In this document: positions 39,030-51,500 of the stretch, one piece after another
Layout of the letters: each line of letters starts with the position of its first letter
Position numbering within the stretch: the first letter of the stretch is position 1
Source of the DNA: Paraphysomonas bandaiensis
Lineage: Eukaryota > Protista > Chrysophyceae
Assembly: GCA_965644295.1 (NCBI GenBank)
Contig: CBFFRP010000173.1
Coordinates: forward strand, 17,463-81,462
Reading direction: 5' to 3'
DNA length: 64,000 nucleotides
Program-made: the position numbers and the translations under genes
Notes under the pieces: generated by a model
The model's input: the letters and a program-made list of their open reading frames with translations, nothing else
Databases searched by the model: none
What the model was told of the DNA's origin: nothing

Positions 39030-39799
39030 TTCACTTTTGAAACAATTGAAAAAGGAACATCGAAAGATAATTAGAATATAATTGACTACAGCTTGCTTTA
39101 ATTAATTGATATAAACAATGCTGTCAATTTGACACTGGCAAGGTGTGATTGGAGTGTGTATATTAGTTCTTGCACGCGGTACAAACTACGTGATGATGTA
39201 GCTACTTAAAGGTTTAAAATTACTATAGGGCCATCAGCATGATGTGTTCAAAAGTGTTTACTTTGAAACTGAAAGACGGATTTTACAATTTTCTGGGATT
39301 CTGGAAAAACTTAATTGATGACGTCAAATAGAAAGTCAGACCACGACAGAATCAGGTGTCAATCATTCATGATAGTGAATAATCATTTTTAACATTACTA
39401 TACAAATAACGAAGATGACTGCGTTATATTGCATGCTTGTTGTTATTAAAGAACAATATTTTTTGTTGTGAAAAATTTAATTCACTTTAGCTACATAATA
39501 ATTTATTTAATTGGTCAACAGTATAAGCAATAAGCATACTGTACCAGAAGTCACTGCAAAAGTGTTCTTTGATAATTTGTACTAGTAATTGGGAACTCTA
39601 AAGAATGCTATTAAGCTCCGTAAAGAAAGATATTTTGTGCGGAGTAGACAGATAAGATACCAGCAGATGGGACTCCACATTTGTGATGATTGACCGCTAT
39701 TTGCCACTATCTGACCACTTGCTATCATGTGGGTTTGGTTCTGCCGCGTTAAGTCTAATTCCAAGTGGAATGGAGCATGTCAAGCGGTGTAATTACGGG

Positions 39800-40040
39800 A
39801 CAACTTGAAATTCTTTCAAAGTGTGTTAATATAACAACAGGAAGACGATGAGCACCAGTACCTCCACGACGTTCCGAGCGTCATTTGGGCGACAATGCTA
39901 CTACTATTTATAACGCTGCTTCGAAAACGCAGTCGTAAAGGTTCGAAAATGTGCCTTACTTAACCGGACGGAAAAGGATCGAATTAATAAACCGTAACCT
40001 CTGGGATGAAATAACAGTTGAGCAAGCTATGTTGTCAGCT
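39800..40040 (+). mobile_element. Heavily deleted hAT-like transposase remnant
   Basis: Peptides FENAVVKV and INRNLWDEITVEQAM resemble the same transposase family as the 6.8-kb and 32.8-kb relics. Confidence 0.45.
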
Positions 40041-40842
40041 AATGTATAGCTACTTGAGTACGAAGTTCAGTATCAATTAAATTGCGATTAATTGCAAATA
40101 AATTAATTGGGACAACAAGTAAGAATAGCAATTCTTATTGACTGAAATTTGCGTCAATAAATTATTTAAAGTGTCATTAAAACTTTGTGTACTTTTTAAT
40201 ACTTATTGATTAAACTTCTATCAACTCTCCACCAATAAAGTGCTCAACTTACAACGGTATTTCTAGTTTTAAGATGACGTTTACACACTACACTCGATGT
40301 GTCAGCAATATGCAAGGTTCGCCCCGTTTTCATGTTTAAGTATATGAATCCTACGAAAACTAGATATACTTACTTTATAGGATTAATGTACAGTTCACAG
40401 TTCTATATGGATCTCGTTAAACTAAGTCGCCACGTCAATGAATTCTGCATATGTATGAGAAAAATTGTTGTGTATACACCCCAACGCCACGAAATCGAAT
40501 ATACTATTCCGTAATATACTATCAAAAGTTTAGATAATAACACACTTTCATTGCAAGCTAACGACAAAAAAGCATTTTAAGGGGACAAAAAAGTGATATT
40601 AATTCGGCATATAAAAGAAAAATCGTGCAGGGTAATCATTCTAGTTCAACATATGATTGCAAACGGATAGTAAAAAACAAACACAACAAGAAGAGGAAAT
40701 GGTCTCACCAAGCATAATAACTTGAGATGGAATCACAAAACTAATGGAACCATTTCATTCTCTTGTGTACAGTTATGCATGCCTGCACCTACAGCGCCAA
40801 GATGTAGGTGGGACAACATCAAATTAAGTCGCGAAACTTCAC

Positions 40843-41136
40843 TTAACAGTGGGGTCTCGGATCATACATATAGTCTTGGCGGAAGGAATGCAACTCGTCC
40901 CTTGACCACCACATCCACGAAGATACTCCTGCATTAGCGTACTCGCGACAGGTCGGTATCAGAACTACTTTGAGCTCAGCAGAGAAGGACAGGCGTTTCT
41001 TTGCTGGTCGATTCAAGCAGTGGTCGTCATCTTCTGTGCATCGCTTCTTACGTCTTATGGAAGGTGGCTTTGTCGGGGACGCGTGCGTCTCAGAGTGGGA
41101 GCAAGAGCCGTCGTCAGAAGAGCGCTTGAGAGTCAT
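40843..41136 (-). CDS. Small basic protein with RVxF-like motif
   Basis: 97-aa ORF with NLS-like RRKKR, then KKRLSF followed by VVLIPTCREY...MWWSRDELHSFR. Confidence 0.65.
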   Translation of the reverse strand: MTLKRSSDDGSCSHSETHASPTKPPSIRRKKRCTEDDDHCLNRPAKKRLSFSAELKVVLIPTCREYANAGVSSWMWWSRDELHSFRQDYMYDPRPHC

Positions 41137-41255
41137 CTAGCAATACAGGAAATTGACTGCGACACGAGTTTGTAAACAAGCCTTGAATAATAATAATGCA
41201 GTCATTGGGGAATCTGAAGATAGAGTCCGATATGGTGAGGGATATGCAGCGCCTG

Positions 41256-41625
41256 AACCACACTCCAATCCCCGTATCACCGAGTACGATGATGCATTCC
41301 CTGTACAAGTACAGTACATACGTACATACATATACATACATACATGCATTGTGTACAGCAGTACATAAAACCACACTCCAATCCCCGTATCACCGAGTAC
41401 GATGATGCATTCCCTGTACAAGTACAGTACATACGTACATACATATACATACATACATGCATTGTGTACAGCAGTACATAAAACCACACTCCAATCCCCG
41501 TATCACCGAGTACGATCATGCATTCCCTGTACAAGTACAGTATATACGTACATGCATATACATATATAACATAAAACCACACCCCAATCCCTGTATCGCG
41601 AGTACGATGCATTCCCTGTACACAC
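41256..41625. repeat. 113-bp minisatellite (2 identical units plus 2 degenerate)
   Basis: CACTCCAATCCCCGTATCACCGAGTACGAT starts at 41261, 41374 and 41487, with a degenerate copy at ~41580. Confidence 0.92.
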
Positions 41626-42007
41626 ATGCATGCATATGTACTGCTGTACATACATTCATACCTGTACAGCAGTACATAAGTTCATGTATACCGTACCCCT
41701 ATATACTGCAGTTGGGCCTACACCTCTGAATTGTCCGTTTTGTAACATTGCCAGTGACATGTATACCGTATACTGTCTGTATAGCAGTGGCTGTAGAACT
41801 CACAGCATTATGATTCTTCTTGCTTTAATTGTCTTCACTTCGTCTTCGTTCATAGTACATGTAAGAGTGAAGTGTGTAGTGTCGTGCTGTGTAGTCTCGT
41901 ATATGTTTAGTATGGTATCCGTATCTGTAGTCTCACTATATCAGTAGCGTATATATAGTAGGATCGTCTGTTGCTACTCTTTCCATTAAACCACTTCGAC
42001 CAGTCTC

Positions 42008-45000
42008 ATGATGATTCCTCTCTACTTAATTGTTCTCATGGGATGTATGTGTGTGAGTGAGGGCTACTATGAGTCACGCACAGAGGTGGATATAGCATGG
42101 GAGTTTGATGATGAGAACTATAAGATGGGGTGGTCGAATGCCACCACAGAGGAGATGGGGATGGATTTTCGTGTTGAGGATGGTGAGATGCGGGCGATTA
42201 TACATGACTGGAACCCTCACTTTGATTCGCCTATGATGGTACTGACCACTACCAGACGACACTATGCGGTGTTTCGTATGATGTATGCGGGGGCTGCTTC
42301 TAAAGGAAACCTGTTGCTTAAGTATGGCCCCTCGATCAGTCATGATCAGCATGTGGATGAAGTTAAGCAGAATTGGCGCAGCCCACAGCAGATTCGTGTT
42401 GTGGATGTGTCCAGCGGGTTTGATAGCGCCGCCTACGCGGTAGACGAATCACAGTACACACCTTGGGTGGTGAACAGTACCCGGCAGGGGTCGTGGATAA
42501 TACTTGATGCGCAGGACTATCGATGGGTGACTGCACTAACGATACGTACTAGTGACGACATTGATGCCCCCCGTAGGTGCCTCTTGCAGTACTCAGTAAC
42601 CAGTAGCGCGGGACCTTTTGTAACCGCTGCAGACTTTATTCTAAAGAAAGATAACGAGGAACAGGAAGTGAGGGGATTCAGTACACATTCCCGATACTGG
42701 AAATTAATTGTAATCGATAATTATGGCTCAGATGTTTCATCCATCCGTGATATCAAGCTCGAAGGGTATGACGAAGGTATAGGGCTGCTAGAGTTTGAGC
42801 TGGATAATACTGGTGTGTATAAAAATTACTATCTCCCCATCCACGATATATTACAGGGTCCTCTGGTACGTATGCGCGTTGAGTTTCTTCACTCACCCAG
42901 AGCGGAAATTGCCAGCTCTCGCAAGTCCAGGGCGCAATTTCGTGAGTCTCTTGCGATTGATTATGTTCGCGTTGTCCGTAGTCCTGAGATATGGAAAGTA
43001 CGAGGGTGCTTAGATCGGTACTTTGACAACCCGAACCTCTTCAATCCACAGTACAACGTGGCTTCCAGACAGCTTAAGATAAATGGTCAACTTCCTATCA
43101 ATTACTTTGACAAACTGGAGATGGACCTTCAGTACGCAAGTACCTACGACTGTCCACATCAAGGTGGAATAGATGTCCGCATCGATGGCCTGAACTTCGG
43201 CCTGCATCCGCGAGTGTATATAGACGATATCGAGTGTCCAATAACTGAAACGGATTCAGTGACTCCCGGAAGTCGCGAACAATATATCATTTGCACCCTT
43301 CCGCCCTCGAGTCAGTACCGTGCAGGTACCGTGGGACAGGTGGAGGTAGAAAACAGCATTGTACGAGTTGAGAGTGGGACACTACCTGGATTGTTTCAGA
43401 GTGCTCCATACTTTACTTACAGAAAGGCAACTCCGGCTCCAAACCGACCGGTGATAACAAATATTGGAGCCCGTCGTGTCGATATCGTGTGGGAGCCTCC
43501 TGGAACCGAATTTGATAACCTCATGACAACAGGATATAAGATATCATGGTTTCAGGCACAATATAGGTCTCGCGTGAGCAACCTGACAGTTGGAAACATT
43601 ACGACCACCTCCATTCGGGGATTGGAGCCGAATACCGCGTATGTATTTGGCATTAGTGCTCTATCAGAGGGTGCAGCCACACGGGCTGCAATTTTGCCAA
43701 CAGACCTATATGGACGCCGAGAACCTCTCCCGGATGCCATCGAAAGTCCAATTAGCATATTTACAGATATCACATCAACACTACAATTTGATTTTGATTT
43801 CCAAGGGTTTGATGCCAACTCTACGTTGAATAGCTCGGGTTCGACCGTGTCCTCCAGCAACGGGCCCACTGGCCAATATGGCCCGGAGGGAAATTATGGT
43901 CTTGTCATTGTTGGCTCCGCACAAGTGGAAAACTGTAATGCGTCTATGACCTGTTGTGATGGTTATAACGAAACCCTGGGCCTTGCTTCTTGTGGGACTG
44001 GGAGGTCTGTGTGTGCTGTTCTATTGGAAAGAAGGCTCGCATATGACTACGTGTATGACGGTGTAACCCGCAGGCAGGTTCCTAGCAATATCCCCTATGA
44101 TGACGGATCGCCCCCGGAGAAAGTTGTTCTCACTCTTCAGGAGCTGATTGACAACGCTGGCGCGGAGCTTCCCTCTATGCCTTGTGGACCTGCTCTGCGG
44201 CTGACCCCGTCGGCTGCACGAGAGTCTGGTGCTGTGTGGTATAGCCGAAAGATGAACGTTCGAGAGGGATTTGATTCTACCATCACATTTCAGATATCTA
44301 ACCCTTCTATCCGATGCAACAGACTGGATGATGTTAACACCTATTGTCGATCGCGCGGTGCGGATGGCCTGGCATTTGTAATGCAGGACTCAAGCCCTGT
44401 CGCACTTGGCTTGGCTGGTAGTGGCCTCGGATATGAGGGTATTTTTAACTCCCTTGCCATTGAGCTGGACACCTTCTTTAATTATGACCAAATGGACTAC
44501 TACGAGAACCATATTGCTGTCTTGACTCAGGTAATATTGCTCATATTACATGCTATCCATTGCTTATGACACGTAACAGGGCCGCCGGTTTAATATTACC
44601 GCAAACCATTCCAGGGCTTTGGCAACTGCCACTCGTGTTCCAGATATCACGGATGGTCGTCATACTGTTCGTATTCGATACGAGCCGAACTTTGACGAGA
44701 GGGCTGTACTGCACCCGTCCTTCCAGACTAATGGGTTTACGACTTGGTTTTTGGAGGTAGTTGCTATATGTGCCTGTGTATGCTGTTTACAGTTATTCTG
44801 TTTGTTGCAGAATTCTGATTTTCAGTACGGTGGTGACGGTGACTGGGGCACGGGTTTTGGGCTGTTATATGTATACATGGATGATATGTACTCACCTATC
44901 ATAACTACCCCCCTGAACCTAGACAAGACGCTGGAACTGGACGAAGGGCGTATGTACGTAGGAGTTACCGCTGCGACGGGAGAATCACATTGGCAGGCGC

Positions 45001-45224
45001 ACGACATATTAGGGTTTCAGTTTACGAGCCTTTTTGTTGACCAGGACTACACACCTCCCCAGGTTGTTAATGGTGAAGGGGCTAAGGACTGCGTCAACGA
45101 AACTGTGTGTGTTAACCGTCCCGATTACGATCATTATATGAGAAAGAACAATATTTGGGGAAAAGGACACGACTCCACGGAGAGTTGGCAAACTGGTACA
45201 GAGGGACTGTGCTCGAACTGCTGA
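42008..45224 (+). CDS. Secreted multidomain protein: discoidin (F5/8 C)-like, IPT/TIG, FN3, legume (L-type) lectin
   Basis: Signal peptide; GSWIILD...RYWKLIVIDNYG; GGIDVRIDGLNFG...YIICTLPP; VWEPP...GLEPNTAYVFGISA; LRLTP...GADGLAFV...LAIELDTF. Two introns near the 3' end. Confidence 0.82.
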
Positions 45225-45826
45225 AGCATTGAAAATACCTAGTGATGTTTATAGAATTTAATGATTATTGTCGTATTTGTGAAGTAATAATAATACGTTG
45301 CGGCGTAGTGTTTTAGTATGCCGAGACGGCACCGTATCTCCGAGGTTAGGCTAATGTGGTCACTCATATTAATACTTATATTGGTGCACTGTAATCAACG
45401 TAAATAATTCCGTTTTCGTAAGTGGAAATATTATTTTTTTGCTTAATGTAAAGTGTAATCATTAATTACGTAACACTGATGGCAAAACGCACTACCAATG
45501 TTACTTATTATTAGCAGAAAAGGAAAATTTTACTATGTTGCTTAGACTTTAGAATATTTACGTATAGCCTCAAATCAGCTATCCGCTACGGTATGCCTTT
45601 GAGGGGGATCATATCATACGTTGAATAATTCGGTTTACTCATAAAAACTAACATAAACAAACCTATTTACACAGCTGTAAATGTATGTCTACTCCAGTAA
45701 ACACTATTAACTGAACACGCAATACGAATAACATTAACTAGTTACGATTGATCCCCCATCGTAGCTAGTAGCTAGGTATCATCTCTGTACTTTATACTGT
45801 CTATAGGTAATTAGTAAATTCTCATT

Positions 45827-46705
45827 TCAATATTTCTTGACATGAATAAATATGTCCGCCATACCCCTACAATTCCGTAAAAAATGACAAACAAAATTCC
45901 CATAAGCACTCACCAACTCATTTCTTTGCGTAATTCGTTGACAACTACGAATCCAGACGTCTTTTTGTGCAAAATTCTGGTGAATGTTATGAATATTGAT
46001 CCAAGCTTCATTCCAGCTACAAGTTTCAAAAAGGAAAATAAATATACGTTATCATGTACTGTAAGTGGCCAGTGCATTATACCTGCCAGCTCTGAAATGT
46101 TTCGTATCATCATCTCACTAAAGCAGGTGCTATTTGCAAACACAATGTCTCCTTTCCTCCAGTCACACAAATCCACATCAAGAAGGGACCCTTGAAAAAA
46201 TTCAACTGTCGGAACAGATGAAATGTTATTGTCTGCAAACACATCATAATGCTTCTTGCAAGTGATGGCCAGGTCATGCAAGCCATGTAAAATTTCAACG
46301 CCATAGCATCTCTTAAAGCTATAAAGACTTGCAGCGGCCAGAACAGCACGGCCACAGCCAGAACCAAGATCATAGAAGTATTCACCTGTAGCACACACTG
46401 CGTGAGATGCGTATAGGCTTAGATCAGACCATACTCGGCCGCTGACTGTGCTCGTAGAGGGCCTCATATAATATCTCTGCAAAGCTATCAAACGTGATTT
46501 CACCATACGTTAAGGTTGAATCCCAGTTAGCTAATCGCTTCCTCTCGTCTCTGGAGGACTCACAGGCACCATAATAGAGATCATCGGACATAAACTTCTC
46601 TAGAGTGTGTCTCTTCCCGCCTATGAACTCAGACAGAGAGGGTTTACTAGCAGACACACTCCCCACTGGATCAAACACAGAAAACCTAGAGGTTGAGACT
46701 AACAT
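45827..46705 (-). CDS. Small DOT1-like class I SAM-dependent methyltransferase, 4 exons
   Basis: LTYGEI, FYDLGSGCGR, GVEIL, DIVFANSTCF, EMSW|G; stop TGA at 45827-45829. Confidence 0.8.
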
Positions 46706-46892
46706 GACTGCATACGCTACTTCACTAACATAATGCAACACACAGCCAACAGTCCGTCCCATCTTCCATACACCGTCTACATATATCCACATACGGTACA
46801 GCAGTACACCAGTACACATCAAAGTAACAAACTGAAAAAAAAACAGATGGAGTTCATCAAGATATTTATGTTCAAAAATATGTGGAACCAGC

Positions 46893-47011
46893 ATGGACGG
46901 TCATACAATGCAAACCGCACCCGCTCTCGTTCCGCTCGCGGAAGTTAAGTTGCATCTGGCCCGGTTAGTAGTACGGTGGGTGACCACGTGCGAAGTCCGG
47001 GTACTGTCCGT
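46893..47011 (+). rRNA. 5S: 5S rRNA gene, copy 1 (119 nt)
   Basis: ATGGACGG/CTGTCCGT terminal helix, box A GAAGTTAAG, GTTAGTAGTA loop E, box C GTGGGTGACC, oligo-T Pol III terminator. Confidence 0.95.
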
Positions 47012-47195
47012 TTTTGTCTTTTTATGACAGATATGACAGTTGGTACTGCTGGATGTACTGTACATAGACAATCTAGAAATCGCAACTTTTCGTATTCCTG
47101 TATAAAAACTGGAAAACACTTTCAGTATTAACAGCACAGCAGGAATTCAAGCTTTTACACAAGAAAACGGCATGTCATGCAAAAAAAAGACAAAA

Positions 47196-47314
47196 ACGGA
47201 CAGTACCCGGACTTCGCACGTGGTCACCCACCGTACTACTAACCGGGCCAGATGCAACTTAACTTCCGCGAGCGGAACGAGAGCGGGTGCGGTTTGCATT
47301 GTATGACCGTCCAT
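47196..47314 (-). rRNA. 5S: 5S rRNA gene, copy 2 (119 nt, identical to copy 1)
   Basis: Exact reverse complement of copy 1, followed by T5-GTC-T8 terminator on the minus strand. Confidence 0.95.
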
Positions 47315-47359
47315 GCTGAGTCGAACTGGTTTAGTACATAGAAATCAAATGATGTTGTT

Positions 47360-48025
47360 GCAGGGTGCTGCAAAGGATACAGTGTTACGCAGGAGAGGAT
47401 TCAGTCATCTCGACAGTGATACAAACGATCGATACTATTAACTTCTGTGAGTTCGTATGTTCTCTGTGGGATCTTCTCACTAAAGACCCGAAGACTGTCG
47501 GGCGGTACATCTGTCGTTATCTATTCGACGATGATATGATCCGGCTGCTTACTTGAAGATGTGCGTCACATTCCCCTCAGAGGCTACGAAGCCTACAGCA
47601 ACATAAAGACTCTCGTTGATAGTGTCATATCGAAGTATGGTTCTGGTAAATTTCCCGTTGATGAGTTTGTCGTGTGGTGTGTCAAACACGAGCATGTTGT
47701 AGCTCTGTAACTCGTTTGCAAGTGGCTCTAAAGGCCCCTTATTAGGACCAACGAAGTCGAGATTGGAACTCAGAACAAACGAGAGTTGGGAACATTCATG
47801 GTGTGGTAACGTCCTAACGGGCTCCAGTAGGGTCTGCACCGGGCAAGTCTAGTGTAATAATACCAACAACGGCAACAAACCACATTTCTGCAACAGCTGA
47901 TGATTTCGGGCTCCCCCTAACAGCAAGGTTGAGAGAAGACAGCGTGAGACGAGAGACGAGTTCTTCTGGTGGCCGACGCAGCCAGTTCACACAGGGGATC
48001 GACGGGGTCAATTGGAGAAACTAGT
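47360..48025 (+). pseudogene. EF-hand protein pseudogene fragment
   Basis: FSHLDSDTND/TINFCEFVCSLWDLL, an EF-hand-like loop broken by a frameshift, then DEFVVWCVKHEHVVAL with in-frame stops; no intact 5' end. Confidence 0.45.
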
Positions 48026-48579
48026 AAGAGTGGTCGACCTGCGTAAGAATTAATTGTCTCTTTATTGATACGCATCCCTTATGAGTTATGAGTATTCCCT
48101 TGTATCGACATCTTGTATCATTCGTTGTTATTTGCTAAATTTATATTCTTTCTAATTTCTAATACCAATCAATATTACGACCTTATACAGTCAAACTATT
48201 TCATTTTCTCTAACATAATTCATACAATATCATTGATTCATGCGCTGTAGTTTCAATTGCTGTATTCTTAGACTACAATTCAAACAGCTACTAAGCGCTT
48301 AAAAAATAAACAACACTTAACAGTCTACTCGAATTAGATGTAGCATTGAGGGCGTGTTGTAAACGATATTATATATATACTCCACTTGCAACAATGATGC
48401 ATCTTATTCGTTATTGATACAATCAGAAATTCTTTAGAATGAAGACCAATGATATCGTACTCACCAGACACTCATGCAGCACAATAAGTATTATAAATCT
48501 AACAACACATCATACCGTTTGTCATTGTTCAACTTGCACTTGTTTCCAAGAGCAAGCTCGTGTCATAGAACAAACAAAC

Positions 48580-51500
48580 TCAGTACTGATCAAAAATAGG
48601 GGATCGAAACGGCTCGAGATCATCGTGAGAGAAGAGTGAAGAGCGGTCTACCAAAATTTCTTCGGGCAGGGAGCCATCTCGAAGGGAATTTATGTTGGTC
48701 CAGTCGATATCTACATATATACAATAAGAAATACATTCAGCGAAACAATACGCATAGTAGGAAGCGGTGTGCTACATATACGGGTGCGGAACAATGATTC
48801 AAGACATTTCTTTCAGCCTAAGCGTGATAGTGTAATCACCTCCGAAAAACTTGTGTTTAAAAACCTCCCCGCTGTCGGTGTACCCAATGCGCTTTTTAGC
48901 ATCAGAATTCAATAGAGATGATATCAATTCCCTGGCCAACATTGGAGTATTCTCAGTGAAATTTAAATTTCCGGTTCTGATTGAGTAAATCAATAAAATT
49001 AGGGTAAACAGTATGTCGTGTAATTGAAACTTACTGATACGACGTAATTGCTTTGAACAGAGCAGTTTCTTCTGTGTCGGGAGTACCAAATGGTGTCGAA
49101 CCCTGAAGTTCAGCAGACGTTAGCGACAAGGAGCTAAGACACAATCAACTTTAGCATACCTCGTATAATTCATAAAACAATATTCCTAGAGACCACAGGT
49201 CTGCCGAGTAATCATATCCCGCTTGCCCCACCATTTCTGGAGCGAAATACAGAGGATCACCGCATATCGTAAAGGCTTTCGACCCGTCCATTTTCTTGGC
49301 ATAACGCAAGTCGGCCAACACAGGCAAACGCCTGGAGGCGGACATGAATACCCCACTAGGGTTCAAAAAACGATGAATTAGACCATTGTCATGCAGCGCT
49401 CGAGTAGCACTATACAAGCTCGCACAATAGAGTAGCTTTTCCTCATCCGGAATTCCTAATACCATTGCGTGCGCTAGATCACACTCGAAGGAATCGTCAT
49501 ACACGAGATGAACAATTTTGTCGTCCTGAAAGGTTGCCACAACCCGTGGAATAAATTCTGTGTTCCCCTGCATAGCTGCGAGAAATATACGTTCATTCAA
49601 TAGATTTTGATCCATGTGAGACATCTTTGCTTTTTGTTTGGCAATGACTTTAATACTGTGAGTCCGTTTGTCCAGTTTCCCACGGAAGTTTCCAACATAC
49701 GCATAGTCAGATATTTGAATGATTGGTGCCACAAGTTCGTAATCATCAGGAGAATGGACATGCTCCAATTTCACCTTGTCAGGAGTGCTAAAAATGGATG
49801 TTTGGCGAGTTAATCGAGGACTATGACTCATACGTAAGATCTCGTCGGATTTTGCCCCTCCTAAAATCTCCAAAAATATACTTTCCGGTATACGGGCAAT
49901 TTTCGTACTGCCATCGGCATATACGTCATCAATGGTTCGTTCCAACTCAATAGCACCAACAGACATGCCCACTGTACGTACTTTCTTCTTCTTAGTCTTC
50001 AAGTGGCAGGAAAGTCCCCCTTCGAGGCAAACTATCAATATCCACGTGTCATTAACTGGAGGAGGATTACTGTGTGAAGCGATGAGTTCTTTGTGGTTGA
50101 AGGTTTCTTCTGTGCAACACTCAGAAAGACGCTGCAGCTTCGGCACTGAGAGTCCTCGAAATACAGGTAATGACCTGAGAGTCTTAAGTAAGTTAACTGT
50201 ACGTCGGGTCATTAGAACTGCTCGGAAAGCTAGCCGGCCAATGCTCCAAATGACGCCATTAGTTTTGGCTCGCACAGACGCGGCACGGGGTTTGCCATAC
50301 ATCAGCGACAGCTCCCCAAAAGCAGCTCCAGAAGTTGTGTATGTAAAAACCACTTGGTCGACATCTTTTTTATCTTTTTTCAAGACTTCAAATTCACCAC
50401 TATCGATAATATACATCTCATCGCCCTTATCTCCTTCGGATATGATAACTTCTCCTTTCTTGACATCTCGCAAAGTCATAACACGAAATATTTGTGTCCG
50501 TTGTTGAGTACTCAAACTTTGGAACATAAAGTTCGCTGCAGTCATCTGTGACAAACGATTCATCTGCTCTGGAGTCTGAAAGCAAAAGTTGAGCACAATT
50601 TAAGTACACACAGAGCTGCTACAGTATAATGTAATTTGTTGCAATTTGCGGTATGAAACCATGGAATTGTTGATACAGGTATTTATTAAGAGTCACGAAA
50701 TTAGGGCGCAGGGTGTCTTCATACAGAGTAGCACCTACCTTTTCCGTGGCGTGAGCATCAAAGTCAAAGTCTACGGCCACTTTATCGTCTCCCCATGCCT
50801 CAGATATAACTTTCCGCTTCGCTTTACTCATAGCTTTTCTCACCGGTTTACTCTCCACATCCAATAATGGCATGGAGCTCTTCGTTGACTGCATATGAGG
50901 TGTTTCTGACACCCCCTCCTTCTTTACCATACCTTCGAAACAAATTACAATAATCGTTATGTCATCTGTGCGATCGTCGTATGTCAGCCAGAGACGATAG
51001 GCTTCGGATACCACATGCTTGGCAGCATCTAAAATATTGGGAAATTTAGATATGGCATCCACAACGGATTGAGAGGTCAAAAACTCGAAGACACCATCTG
51101 ACGCAATTATTGCAAACTTGTCTTTAGGGTTAAGATTCCATACAAGTAACTCTGGTTCCGCGAAAACTCCGCACTGTTCCGCTACATTGTCTCCAAGAGA
51201 TCGAGTGAATGCACACCCCGGGCGCTCCAATGTGTGGTCCCACACCCGCGGCGGGTCACCAACCTGTCCAATACATGACGGTAAAAAGTTATATAACATA
51301 AATCACACGTAGTACTTCTATCGAAAACTATCTCCGAAAACACACCTCATCGATTTCTTCCCCCAACTCAGTTCCCCAGTTCTCATGCATCTCTTCGTTA
51401 CCTTCGATTTGATCCAGGGTCATGATTCGAGCCCCCTGTATCAACGTCAAACCCAGAAAAAACTGACACAAATGCGAGAAAACACACCTGCTTCTTTAAC

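Noticed and set aside
41256-41625. CRISPR-like repeat array
   Set aside because: Whole units are identical with no unique spacers; eukaryotic context and no cas genes.
46889-47318. Inverted repeat read as MITE TIRs or a miRNA hairpin
   Set aside because: The arms are complete 5S rRNA genes with Pol III terminators.
47315-47332. B-box-like GTTCGACTC upstream of 5S copy 2 (tRNA-5S link)
   Set aside because: No cloverleaf or A-box, and it is absent upstream of copy 1.
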